From NCBI GenBank assembly GCA_964651655.1, contig CAZYVS010000002.1, positions 29,471-93,470 on the forward strand: a stretch of DNA of 64,000 nt, written 5' to 3'. Within the stretch, counting starts at the first letter, position 1; every line of letters begins with the position of its first letter. Shown in pieces: positions 9,783 to 19,626 of the stretch. The notes beneath the pieces are model-generated. The model worked only from the letters and a program-made list of their open reading frames with translations, was not told where the DNA came from and did not search any database. Source of the stretch: an uncultured Candidatus Saccharibacteria bacterium. Its GTDB lineage: Bacteria; Patescibacteriota; Minisyncoccia; Phycocordibacterales; Zambryskibacteraceae. The position numbers were made by a program, and so were the translations under genes.

Positions 9783-11599
9783 TATGGTTTCTGGCCGGCA
9801 ATAAAGACATTGTACCAGATTGCCAACACCAAAAGGAGATAGATTTTCCTCGAATTATCATCGCGGCCGGAGAGATGATGATTGATAAGATTATTTATAT
9901 ACGGGATATTCATATGTTTTTGAATATATGGATTTTCCAGAATGGTATTATAAATGTCTTTGTTATTACCGGTAAACCAATCTCTGACCGGCGTCGGGAA
10001 ACCGAGTTTCTTCCTCCGACGCACCGACTTTGGCAATATTTGTTTGAACGCCTCACGCAAGAGATATTTGGTAACCCCGCGTTTCCATTTAAATCTATCT
10101 GGAAAACTTGAAACCAGGCGCGCCACTTCGATATCCAGAAATGGCACTCTCAATTCAAGCGAATGCGCCATGGTCATTTTGTCCGCTTTAGCCAAAATAT
10201 CTCCCACAAGCCAAGTGTGAATATCAATGTACTGCATCTTGGTAGAATCGCTGAAATATGGCGCTCTGGCGTAGATATCACCGATAGAAAATTTTTTCTC
10301 TAACTTTTCTTTCCAAAGAAATTTAACTTCAGCGTTACTAAAAATAGAAGCGTTGCCGATATACCAGTCTTCAAGTTTCTGACTTGCTCTGGTGGCATAA
10401 TTTTTACCTCTAAAATTAAAAGGTAAATTGCTAATAAATTTCAAAATAATATTGGGTATCCAAGAGATCCATCGACGGGCAAATGGCTCCAGATAAATAT
10501 TGTAACCGCCAAAGAGTTCGTCAGCACCTTCGCCGGAGAGCACCACTTTGACATGTTTGGCCGCTTCTCGAGCCAAAAAATACAATCCGAGAGCTGAAGG
10601 ATCGGCTACAGGCTCATCAAAGTGCCATATCGCCTTGGGTAGATTGACAAAATATTCTTGCGCGCCAATAATAATTTCACGATGGTCGGTATTAAGCCAG
10701 TTGACGGTTTCTAACGCTTCCCTACCCTCGCTTAGAGATTCAAAACCAACGGTAAAAGTTTTAATTTTTTGTCCCGATTTTGTTCTCAAAAGTGTCGTAA
10801 CGATGCTCGAATCTATGCCGCCTGAAAGAAAGGCGCCGACGGGCACATCGGCAATCATATGGTGGGAAACGGAATCCTCCATCGTCTCAAAAATTTTTTT
10901 CTTAGTCTCTTTTTCATTCAATAAATCATTCGGCTGAAATTCAAATTTCCAATATCGTTTTATATCCATCTCGCCGGTCTTGGCGTTTATTTGCATCCAG
11001 TGAGCCGGCGGGAGTTTAAAAATGTTTTTGAAGAAAGTTTCTTCCAAAGGATTATATTGAAACGAAAGATAGTTAAAAATCGCCGCGTCATTTGCTTCCG
11101 GCCTGAAATCAGGCAAGGCAATAAAACTTTTTATTTCTGAAGAGAAAGCGGTGACTTGATTTCCTTTTTTCCAATAATATAGCGGTTTGATGCCAAAGAA
11201 ATCTCGCGCGATAAAAATCTTCTTATCTCTGGTATCGTAGATAGAGAAAGCAAACATACCGCGCAGATGCGGCAAAACCTCTTCTCCCCACTTTAGAAAT
11301 CCGGCTAAAATTACTTCGGTATCGCTATCAGTTTTAAACTTGTAATCGCTCAATGCACTTTTTATCTCCCTGTAATTATAAATTTCTCCATTGAAAATAA
11401 TCACCCACCGGCCATCACTGGAGACAATTGGCTGCCGGCCTCCGGCCAGATCAATGATGGAGAGTCGTCTCATTCCTAAAGCGACATAGTCATCGGAAAA
11501 AAATCCTGCATCATCCGGTCCGCGATGAAAAATGGCCTCGGTCATGTTTTGAATGCGGTCTCTTTCTTTCGGTTTGATTATTCCCGCTATGCCACACAT
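9782..11599 (-). CDS. asnB: Asparagine synthetase (glutamine-hydrolysing) family amidotransferase
   Basis: N-terminal MCGIAGI nucleophile and SGGIDSS PP-loop. Embedded in the peptidoglycan operon. Confidence 0.85.
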   Translation of the reverse strand: MCGIAGIIKPKERDRIQNMTEAIFHRGPDDAGFFSDDYVALGMRRLSIIDLAGGRQPIVSSDGRWVIIFNGEIYNYREIKSALSDYKFKTDSDTEVILAGFLKWGEEVLPHLRGMFAFSIYDTRDKKIFIARDFFGIKPLYYWKKGNQVTAFSSEIKSFIALPDFRPEANDAAIFNYLSFQYNPLEETFFKNIFKLPPAHWMQINAKTGEMDIKRYWKFEFQPNDLLNEKETKKKIFETMEDSVSHHMIADVPVGAFLSGGIDSSIVTTLLRTKSGQKIKTFTVGFESLSEGREALETVNWLNTDHREIIIGAQEYFVNLPKAIWHFDEPVADPSALGLYFLAREAAKHVKVVLSGEGADELFGGYNIYLEPFARRWISWIPNIILKFISNLPFNFRGKNYATRASQKLEDWYIGNASIFSNAEVKFLWKEKLEKKFSIGDIYARAPYFSDSTKMQYIDIHTWLVGDILAKADKMTMAHSLELRVPFLDIEVARLVSSFPDRFKWKRGVTKYLLREAFKQILPKSVRRRKKLGFPTPVRDWFTGNNKDIYNTILENPYIQKHMNIPYINNLINHHLSGRDDNSRKIYLLLVLAIWYNVFIAGQKP

Positions 11600-11603
11600 A
11601 AAT

Positions 11604-12548
11604 TTAGTTGTTTATATACTGCATCACGGCATTAACAATAATGCGCGCATCGTCAAAACGGCCTTCTTCGGTAGAACCAAGGATGGAAACAATTATCAAC
11701 CGACCCAATTCCGGATCAAAAACAAACGCCAAATTGCCGCCGGCCGTATCGGTAAGGCCAGTTTTAGAGGCCATGAGTCCGGGAATTTCGGCAAATGCCA
11801 CATTAGTATTTTTACCAACATGCAAACGATTATCTAAAGATTGAAAAGTGGTGGCGGCCTCTTTTGTGGCTTCAAAAAATTCGGGATAACGTGCCAGAAT
11901 ATATTCCAAGAGGACGCTTATATCCTTAGCCGTGCCGTAAGCGCCACCCTTCATCTTGGATTCGTCCAGTCCGGTTTCATTCCAGAAGTAAGTGTTTTTA
12001 AGGTTTAATTCTCTGGCCTTGTTATTCATTTCTCCGACAAAATCGTTGACAATTTCGTCCGAAGTGGCATTTGCTTTTGATAAGGCGCCAAGCGAAAGAG
12101 CCACGGCGCGCATGCCGTCATTCGACGATGTCAATAAAGAAAAATCAAGAATATCTTTCAGTCTCCATTTTTCGTCTTTGTAAAAACCGCTATTGCCTTC
12201 CGCCTTCAAAGCTTCCTCGTTTATAGTCACAGTGCCATAAAGCGGGCTTAAATCTCTAGCCACTAAGGCCGACATAATCTTGGCCAGAGAAGCAAGCGAT
12301 AGACGAGTATTTTCATTTTTGGCAAATAAGACGGTCCGGGTTCTAACATCATAAACGTAAGCGGCCTTGGCCGTAATTATTATCGGAGGAAAAGAGTTAA
12401 GGACCGCTTCCGTCGGAACCGACTTGTCTTTTCTTTCCACTTTCGAGCTAAAAATAAAAGATATGATAAACAAACCAAAAAGAAATATCGCCAGAATTAG
12501 AAAAAATTTAATTTCAGTATCGCGAAATGCCGGAAGTTGATTACCCAT
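11604..12548 (-). CDS. D-alanyl-D-alanine carboxypeptidase (S11/PBP5 family)
   Basis: SxxK motif (ASLAKIM), SxN motif (TSSNDG), and an N-terminal TM anchor. Confidence 0.75.
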   Translation of the reverse strand: MGNQLPAFRDTEIKFFLILAIFLFGLFIISFIFSSKVERKDKSVPTEAVLNSFPPIIITAKAAYVYDVRTRTVLFAKNENTRLSLASLAKIMSALVARDLSPLYGTVTINEEALKAEGNSGFYKDEKWRLKDILDFSLLTSSNDGMRAVALSLGALSKANATSDEIVNDFVGEMNNKARELNLKNTYFWNETGLDESKMKGGAYGTAKDISVLLEYILARYPEFFEATKEAATTFQSLDNRLHVGKNTNVAFAEIPGLMASKTGLTDTAGGNLAFVFDPELGRLIIVSILGSTEEGRFDDARIIVNAVMQYINN

Positions 12549-13113
12549 TTTGGTTTACTGGTGAAGTGTTTTTAAATTCCTCTATTTTCTTGAAGGCCGT
12601 ATGATAGTCCGGTAAATCTTCACAACTGGTGGCACCTAAATGCTCCAAAAGTCTAATACTGGCTTTGTAACTATAACTTCTTCCTGCTCGGACCACTTCG
12701 TCAGCCGAGTATACCGTATCATCAGGACGTTCTATAAGCCCGCGGATCATTAGCGAGCGTAAAATAAAACTGGAATTAACTCCGCGGATATGATCAATTT
12801 CGCGGCGGGAAATCGGACCTTGATAGAGAATAATGGCGAGAGTTTCCAAACTGGCACGACTAAGTTCTCTGGAAAATTCTTCCTTTGCCACATTTTCAAT
12901 CAACGCGCTGGCATCCGGATGAGTGCCGAAGCTGATGTTTTCTCCGTCTGAAACAATCACAATGCCTCTGGTTTTATAAAATTCTCGGAGACTGCTTATG
13001 GATTTTTCAATCTCATTCTTTTCAGCGTTTAGAGTCCTCGCCAGTTCTTTAACCGAAACCGGTTCGTTTTTGAAAAAAAGTATTGATTCTATTTTAAATT
13101 CTAAACTAGACAT
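12541..13113 (-). CDS. scpB: Segregation and condensation protein B
   Basis: ScpB-like wHTH sequence; overlaps scpA. Confidence 0.8.
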   Translation of the reverse strand: MSSLEFKIESILFFKNEPVSVKELARTLNAEKNEIEKSISSLREFYKTRGIVIVSDGENISFGTHPDASALIENVAKEEFSRELSRASLETLAIILYQGPISRREIDHIRGVNSSFILRSLMIRGLIERPDDTVYSADEVVRAGRSYSYKASIRLLEHLGATSCEDLPDYHTAFKKIEEFKNTSPVNQNG

Positions 13114-13849
13114 AAATTGGGGTATTTACCGATTCGCTTTCTATCTCTAAATCTCCCCTACCTTCCTGCGTGACACGGATGGCACCACGTTTAACAAGTT
13201 CAAGCATCGCAAGAAAGCCAATGATTATTGAAACTTTTTTCTCATAAGTGAGCGCTCCTTTGGCGCCATGAAATTCTTTAAAGTTAAGTTTGCTTGTCTT
13301 GGTAATTTGTGCCGCGAGTTTTTTTATCATTTCTTCAAGACTTATAATTTTTTTGACTACCACTTGCGGCAGTGTTTCTTTCTTCGGCAATGATTCTATC
13401 ACTCTTTCGAGAGCCAGAAAAATATGTTCTGGGTCAGTTTTAGAATCCGGGGAGAAAATTATCATTTGATTTTTAGACGGCATTTTCTCAAAGATAATTC
13501 TTTTACCAAAAATATTTTTGAGAACCAGAGCTAGTTCCTTGACTCTGGCATAAACGGCGAGACGATTTTCCAAATCATGGATACTTTCTTCTTCCTCCTC
13601 TGTCAATCGAATCATCGGCAGGAGCGACCTGGATTTAATGAGCATCAGAGTTGAAGCCACAACAATAAATTCCGCCGACTCTCTTAACGGAAAATCTTCG
13701 TGTTCATCGATATATCGTATAAAATCGTCCGTCACTTGAGACAACGACACGTCATTCACAAAAAGTTTTCTTTTAGTCACCAGTTCAAGAAGAAGGTCCA
13801 GCGGACCTTCAAAAACCTCCGTTTTTACGGTATATGAGTTTCCTATCAC
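13106..13849 (-). CDS. scpA: Segregation and condensation protein A
   Basis: ScpA family (LDLLLELV...). Confidence 0.8.
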   Translation of the reverse strand: MIGNSYTVKTEVFEGPLDLLLELVTKRKLFVNDVSLSQVTDDFIRYIDEHEDFPLRESAEFIVVASTLMLIKSRSLLPMIRLTEEEEESIHDLENRLAVYARVKELALVLKNIFGKRIIFEKMPSKNQMIIFSPDSKTDPEHIFLALERVIESLPKKETLPQVVVKKIISLEEMIKKLAAQITKTSKLNFKEFHGAKGALTYEKKVSIIIGFLAMLELVKRGAIRVTQEGRGDLEIESESVNTPIYV

Positions 13850-13867
13850 CCCATCATTATAGCGTTT

Positions 13868-14452
13868 TCAGGTCTGATATCCAAGCAAAATATTAACTAT
13901 CTCGTCCCATGAATAAACTCTGCGAATAGGTGGTTTAACTTCACCTTGATTCCACGGCGCATCAAGGAGCAAGGCAGGTATACCGACACTAGCCACATCT
14001 TCCACATTATGCAGTGAATCGTCCACAAAAAATTCAATGCCTAAATTTTTACAAACTTCTCCCTTTGAACACTTTGGTCCATCTCCCTGAAAATGATTTG
14101 TAAAACGAACTCCGTCAAACATTTTTGGAAAATGTTTATCCAACCATTCTATTGTTCTGTTTTTCAATTCTTCAGGTTTAGCTGTAATTACATACAAATC
14201 GTGGTACCGTTTTAATTCCTTAATGCTTTCAACCGCTCCGTCTACTGGCAAAGCATTTAAATGTGCAAGGGAGGAGTAAAAATCAGACACTCTTTGTATT
14301 GCCTCTTCTCTTGTACAGCTCCACATTCCTTGTAGTTCATATGATTGTCTATGCCTCCTTTCGTGCTTTGTACCATAATTCATATTATGATAATGAAGAA
14401 GAATATCATTAAAATTTAACAACACATCATCAAGGTCAAAACCGATAGTCAT
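13868..14452 (-). CDS. 5'(3')-deoxyribonucleotidase-like HAD phosphatase
   Basis: N-terminal FDLDDVL (HAD motif I), NT5C-like. Confidence 0.6.
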   Translation of the reverse strand: MTIGFDLDDVLLNFNDILLHYHNMNYGTKHERRHRQSYELQGMWSCTREEAIQRVSDFYSSLAHLNALPVDGAVESIKELKRYHDLYVITAKPEELKNRTIEWLDKHFPKMFDGVRFTNHFQGDGPKCSKGEVCKNLGIEFFVDDSLHNVEDVASVGIPALLLDAPWNQGEVKPPIRRVYSWDEIVNILLGYQT

Positions 14453-15726
14453 GGGTTCAGTCTCTTAACGTCTCTTGGCAAATACGTGGCTTCGCGGACA
14501 TTTGGCAAGTCAATAATTTTCATAATAAAGCGACCTGGCCCAATGCCGGCCCCGCCATGCGGCGGACAGCCATAACGGAAGAAGTTTAAATAATCCTTCA
14601 GCAACTCAAGGTCCATATTTTTCTCTCTGGCCTGTTTTTCCAAAATTTCTACTCGGTGCTCGCGTTGAGCCAGAGTCGTGATTTCAATTCCTCGATAAAG
14701 CAAATCCGCTCTTCGACTTCTATCAGAATCCTCATCTAAACGCATATGGTAGAAAGCACTCTTGGATTTGTGATAATCAGTGATAAAGACAAATTCATGT
14801 TCGTGTTCTTTGAGAATATATTCCGAAATGGCCCGCTCTTCTTCCGGTGAAAGATCGTGCTCATCGGGCGAAGAAATACCAAGACTAGATAAAATCTTTT
14901 TTGTTTCCACTATTGTTATTCTTGGAAATGGTCGGGTTGGTATGGTGATATTTAAATCCGGAAAAGTTTTCAATAATTGTTCAAATCCACTGACAATCAT
15001 CCCCTCTTCTTCATCCATGACATCATAGTGGTCCTTGATGTAGGAAACCTCAAAATCCCAACCGGTAAATTCCGTAAGATGACGAGTGGTGAAAGACGGC
15101 TCGGCGCGAAACACGGGAGACACCATGAAAACCTTTTCGAAACCGGATGCCATAGCCATCTGCTTGTAAAACTGCGGTGACTGCGCCAGATACGCCTTGC
15201 GGTCGAAATAATTGACTTCAAAAACTTCCGCGCCAGATTCCGACGGTACAGACATCAGGGCCGGTGGATAGAGTTGGATGAAATTATTCTCGTCCCAATA
15301 TTTGCGCCAGCCCTTCTCAAATTCCGTCCAGACTTTGAAAATTTTTGCCTTCTCCGGTTTACGCAAATCAAGCCAACGATAATCAAAACGTATAGGCGCT
15401 TCCGTCTCCCCGCCCGAACGTGCCGAACCACGTTCGGTACGGGCGGGTTCTCCACTCTTAACCACAACCGGTATCGGTAATTCCGGTTCCGCCCGGCTCA
15501 ACACCTCAATCTTAATCGGATGCATTTCATGGCCACCGGGCGCCTGCGGAGCATCTATCATTTCCCCGGTCGCTCTGATAACCGACTCAAGTGTCAAATT
15601 CTTAGCGGCTTCAAATTCCGGATTATCCGTCGTCACCACCAGTTGAGTCAGGCCTTGTAAGTTACGAACAATAATAAAAATTATTTTCGATTGAACGCGC
15701 AAAGCATGTATAAACCCTTGAATCAT
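14449..15726 (-). CDS. aspS: Aspartyl-tRNA synthetase, archaeal/eukaryal type (class IIb)
   Basis: Motif 2 FRAEPSFTTRHLTEFTGWDFE matches the FRAEDSNTHRHLTEF type. Motif 3 is GGAGIGPGR. N-terminal OB fold; about 425 aa. Confidence 0.8.
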   Translation of the reverse strand: MIQGFIHALRVQSKIIFIIVRNLQGLTQLVVTTDNPEFEAAKNLTLESVIRATGEMIDAPQAPGGHEMHPIKIEVLSRAEPELPIPVVVKSGEPARTERGSARSGGETEAPIRFDYRWLDLRKPEKAKIFKVWTEFEKGWRKYWDENNFIQLYPPALMSVPSESGAEVFEVNYFDRKAYLAQSPQFYKQMAMASGFEKVFMVSPVFRAEPSFTTRHLTEFTGWDFEVSYIKDHYDVMDEEEGMIVSGFEQLLKTFPDLNITIPTRPFPRITIVETKKILSSLGISSPDEHDLSPEEERAISEYILKEHEHEFVFITDYHKSKSAFYHMRLDEDSDRSRRADLLYRGIEITTLAQREHRVEILEKQAREKNMDLELLKDYLNFFRYGCPPHGGAGIGPGRFIMKIIDLPNVREATYLPRDVKRLNP

Positions 15727-16712
15727 GATATTTTTAATCCAACTTTTTCTCTAATTATTTTCATTTTTTTCTCCGCCCTTTCTCGCGCGACTTGCCCGCC
15801 ATCCCGTAAAACTTCTAATACAATATTCCTATCTTTTTCCAATTGCTGTTTCTTCTCGCGCATAGGCCTGATGAAATTCTTAAGGTCTTCTATGAGCATC
15901 TCTTTCAATATTTTATATTTTCCTTTGTTTTCTTCATATAAATCATTGAGCGACTTTTTATCTTTAAGTAAGGCATGGATAGTATAAACGTTTTCCGGAC
16001 GATCACCTGATGAGTCAGTGACAATACTTATCACCGCCTTCTCTATCTCATCATCGCTCGCAAAAAGCGGAATAGTATTACCGTAACTTTTAGACATTTT
16101 TCTGCCATCCGTACCGCGCACCATCGCTGCTCCCTCCAAGATAAGCGGTTCCGGTAATTTAAAAGTCTCGCTTGCCCCGTCCTTGGCGGGGCCAAATATC
16201 CGATTGAATTTCTCTGCCGTATCGCGCGCAATTTCTACATGCTGTTTCTGGTCCTGTCCAACAGGCACCACATCGGCATCCTGAATAAGAATATCGGCGG
16301 CCATCAGCAATGGATAATCAAATAATCCGACGTTGGGTTCTTTATAGTTAGCTACGGCATCCTTATAAGCATGCGCCCGCATCAGATACGGCACAGTGGT
16401 CAAACAATTAAAAATCCAGCCGAGTTCGGTTACTTGAGGAACATCTGATTGAAGAAACAAAGTGGTTTTGTTTGGGTCTAATCCTATCGCAAGATATGTG
16501 GCGGCAACATCAAAAGTGTTTTCTTCTAAACCCTTCCTCTTTTCACCATCACTTGTTACCGCGTTGGTTAGAGCATGATAATTGGCTACAAAAACATAAC
16601 TCTGGTATTTATCTTGAAGCTCTACAAATTGCTTAAGAGCGCCAAAATAGTTACCTATGTGAGGTTTACCGGTTGGTTTTACTCCAGAGAGTAATATTTG
16701 CGTCGCCAACAT
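15723..16712 (-). CDS. trpS: Tryptophanyl-tRNA synthetase
   Basis: KPTGKPHIGNYFGAL (HIGH) and KMSKS motifs. Confidence 0.9.
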   Translation of the reverse strand: MLATQILLSGVKPTGKPHIGNYFGALKQFVELQDKYQSYVFVANYHALTNAVTSDGEKRKGLEENTFDVAATYLAIGLDPNKTTLFLQSDVPQVTELGWIFNCLTTVPYLMRAHAYKDAVANYKEPNVGLFDYPLLMAADILIQDADVVPVGQDQKQHVEIARDTAEKFNRIFGPAKDGASETFKLPEPLILEGAAMVRGTDGRKMSKSYGNTIPLFASDDEIEKAVISIVTDSSGDRPENVYTIHALLKDKKSLNDLYEENKGKYKILKEMLIEDLKNFIRPMREKKQQLEKDRNIVLEVLRDGGQVARERAEKKMKIIREKVGLKIS

Positions 16713-16727
16713 ATTAGCCCTATGGTA

Positions 16728-18362
16728 TCAGGAATTGACCGGTAATTCCATGAAAAAAGTGGAACCTTTATTTATTCCGGCGGACTCGGCCCAGACACGA
16801 CCATGATGCGCCTCTACAACATCTTTAACAAAAGAAAGACCGAAACCGGTAGAGTTTATATTTACTTTAAGTGAATTGTTATCCCGTCCGCCTTTAGTGA
16901 AAAGTTTAGGTTTGAGTTCATCCGAGATGCCTACTCCGGTATCCATAATCTTCAATAGAACTTTATCTTTGACTTTTGATATTTGAATTTTAACTTCCCC
17001 CTTCGGCGTATAACGAATAGAATTATCAATTAAATTTCTCACGGCTTGTTCCAGTTGAGCCTTGTCACCGTGCATATTATAGTCGCCCTCGTCCACATTA
17101 AATTTAAAAGATAACCCTTTTTCTTCCGCCACTCCTTTTTGCTTCTCTACCACATTCTGAACAAGCATACTCATATCAAACGACTGCATTTCATATTTAT
17201 AAGTCCCCTTCTCAATATTGGACGCGTTGAGAAAATCAGTCACGAAATCAACCCCTTCGGTCAAAGACTTAAATCCTTCATTTATCATCGGTTTAGCGGG
17301 CTCTGATATCGGTCCGTATTCCGGTTCGGTCAAGAGTTCGGAGAAAACGTTTCTTGCCTTGGCCAAATAACCCTTAATTTGATGATTGATAATATGTATC
17401 AAATTCGCCTGCCCCTCGTTAGCCACCTGTAACTCCCCCGCCAATTTTTCAATCTTTTCCTTCGCCTCAATTTCCCGTTTGACACTTCGTACAAGTTGGA
17501 TACCAAGCACTAAAATAATTATTGAAGTCAGAGAGACAATAATTCTTACATTTTCAATAGACCTCACAGCAAGAATTGAAACTACCAATATAAGTAGGGC
17601 ACCAACTAAAGCCTGCGTGCCAATCAACTTAATATTAAATGCCTTAAATTTGACTGTTGCATATACAAGAAACGTCACAAAGATAGGCATTCCAAATAAT
17701 CCAAATTGAGCTACTACCCAGTTGTCGTAATAACTACCGATTAGGTTTCCGTATATAAAAAACAAAAGAAATAGAGATATCCCCAAGCCCATCATTATAG
17801 TTTCCTTCCTTTTTACCGTATCATTTGATTTTCTATAAGTTTCCATTGAAACCACACTTATAACGAGAAGGAAAAGAGCTTCTAATATATAGCTATAATA
17901 TTTAGCAACACCATTTTCAATAGCCGTACAATCATAAAGATAAACTCCGATTAGATTATAATTAGTTGGTATTAAAATGATGAATGGCAACACGCCAATG
18001 AGTATTAAAATGTTTATCCAAAAGGAAGGGACTTTCCCTCTTTGGTAAGAGTAAATAAGATAAAACGAAAATAAAAACACTAAGATCTCAAGAAGTATTT
18101 GCAGAGACCAAAAGAAAATCGTGATATCTGGTCTATTTGTCGCCCATAAAATTAAATCGAAAATGTTCCATAGCGCAAAAAAACCAAAAATGGCTACAAG
18201 GGAATAAGTGCGAATATCGCGTTGGGCATTCAAAAAAACAAAAACACCCCAAAATAGTACTATTAAAAGAGCGGGAATATGAGAGTAATACAATAAGGAC
18301 GGAATATTGCTGGAATACATCCAAAAGTAAGTGGCGCCTTCCCAAGGGCAAAGAATTTCCAT
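16728..18362 (-). CDS. Sensor histidine kinase with a polytopic N-terminal sensor domain
   Basis: About 7 TM segments. C-terminal HATPase_c (NLIDNSIRYTPKGE...DTGVGI). No cognate response regulator adjacent. Confidence 0.75.
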   Translation of the reverse strand: MEILCPWEGATYFWMYSSNIPSLLYYSHIPALLIVLFWGVFVFLNAQRDIRTYSLVAIFGFFALWNIFDLILWATNRPDITIFFWSLQILLEILVFLFSFYLIYSYQRGKVPSFWINILILIGVLPFIILIPTNYNLIGVYLYDCTAIENGVAKYYSYILEALFLLVISVVSMETYRKSNDTVKRKETIMMGLGISLFLLFFIYGNLIGSYYDNWVVAQFGLFGMPIFVTFLVYATVKFKAFNIKLIGTQALVGALLILVVSILAVRSIENVRIIVSLTSIIILVLGIQLVRSVKREIEAKEKIEKLAGELQVANEGQANLIHIINHQIKGYLAKARNVFSELLTEPEYGPISEPAKPMINEGFKSLTEGVDFVTDFLNASNIEKGTYKYEMQSFDMSMLVQNVVEKQKGVAEEKGLSFKFNVDEGDYNMHGDKAQLEQAVRNLIDNSIRYTPKGEVKIQISKVKDKVLLKIMDTGVGISDELKPKLFTKGGRDNNSLKVNINSTGFGLSFVKDVVEAHHGRVWAESAGINKGSTFFMELPVNS

Positions 18363-18440
18363 ACGCCATTAATTATATTGGGGTTCGTTAGAATAGTCTA
18401 GTATATGTATAATTACTCAAAAATCTGCTATAATTTCGGT

Positions 18441-19481
18441 ATGCGAAAATCAAAAACAACAAAGAAATTTCTATCTAGGCCGGTAGAACATATAGATATT
18501 AAAAAACTTGATCTCACGAAGACAGTAAAAGCCATGTCTAAAATGTCCTTTTCTGCGAGAGATGCAGCCAACGCAGCAGAAATGTATGCTCGAATGGTTA
18601 AAGATAATGATTGCGTTAATATTTTAACACTTGCTGGTAGTACCAGTGCAGCTGGTTGTATGCAAATTTATACAGACATGGTAAGACACAAAATGATTGA
18701 TGTGGTCGTAGCCACGGGTGCAAGTATTGTAGATATGGATTTTTTTGAAGCATTAGGATTTAAACATTACCAAGGCAGCCCCATTGTCGACGACAAAATG
18801 TTACGTAGTTTATATATCGACAGAATTTATGACACGTACATCAATGAAAACGATCTGCAGAAATGCGATGCGGCAATTATGGAAATTGCTAACGGCCTGA
18901 AAACACATCCTTATTCATCACAAGAATTTATAAGAGAAATGGGCAGATATTTGACAAAACGTTCAAAAAAAGACGACTCTCTTATACAAGCCGCGTTCGA
19001 AATGGGTGTTCCAATATTTTGCCCGGCGTTCTCAGACAGCAGTGCCGGTTTTGGTCTCGTAATGCATCAAGTAAAAAATCCGAGAGACCATGTTTCTATT
19101 GATTCGGTCAAAGATTTCTATCAGCTGACCCAAATAAAAATCAAAGCTAAAAATACAGGTTTGCTCATGATAGGTGGAGGAGTGCCCAAAAACTTCGCTC
19201 AAGATACTGTGGTGTGCGCTGAAGTGTTGGGACACAATGTTCCCATGCATAAGTACGCTATACAAATAACTGTTGCCGATGTCAGAGATGGCGCATGTTC
19301 TAGTTCCACCTTAAGAGAAGCTAACTCCTGGGGTAAGGTTGATAGCTTATCAGAACAAATGGTGTATGCGGAAGCGACTACAGTATTACCAATGATTGCC
19401 AGTTATGTATATCACCAAAAAGATTGGAAAAGGCGAACAAAAAAAGATTTTAACTCTGTATTAATAAAATTGTCCAGTTAA
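18441..19481 (+). CDS. Deoxyhypusine synthase-like (DHS family) protein
   Basis: VVATGASIVDMDFFEALGFKHYQG matches the DHS family core. An extended -10 (TGCTATAAT) sits 6 nt before the ATG (leaderless). Confidence 0.6.
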   Translation: MRKSKTTKKFLSRPVEHIDIKKLDLTKTVKAMSKMSFSARDAANAAEMYARMVKDNDCVNILTLAGSTSAAGCMQIYTDMVRHKMIDVVVATGASIVDMDFFEALGFKHYQGSPIVDDKMLRSLYIDRIYDTYINENDLQKCDAAIMEIANGLKTHPYSSQEFIREMGRYLTKRSKKDDSLIQAAFEMGVPIFCPAFSDSSAGFGLVMHQVKNPRDHVSIDSVKDFYQLTQIKIKAKNTGLLMIGGGVPKNFAQDTVVCAEVLGHNVPMHKYAIQITVADVRDGACSSSTLREANSWGKVDSLSEQMVYAEATTVLPMIASYVYHQKDWKRRTKKDFNSVLIKLSS

Positions 19482-19489
19482 ATTTAAAT

Positions 19490-19615
19490 TTAATAGGGCT
19501 CTTCTTCGGAAACAATAGTAAAGTCCTTGGCTATGAAAGCCCTCTGATAAGTCAAATATATTGAAAAAATAGTAACTAAAAATATCAGTACAAAAACTAC
19601 AGTTGTTGATTTCAT
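19490..19615 (-). CDS. Possible 41-aa single-TM peptide
   Basis: MKSTTVVFVLIFLVTIFSIYLTY...; short ORF downstream of the transporter gene. Confidence 0.2.
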   Translation of the reverse strand: MKSTTVVFVLIFLVTIFSIYLTYQRAFIAKDFTIVSEEEPY

Positions 19616-19626
19616 ATAGCTATAAA

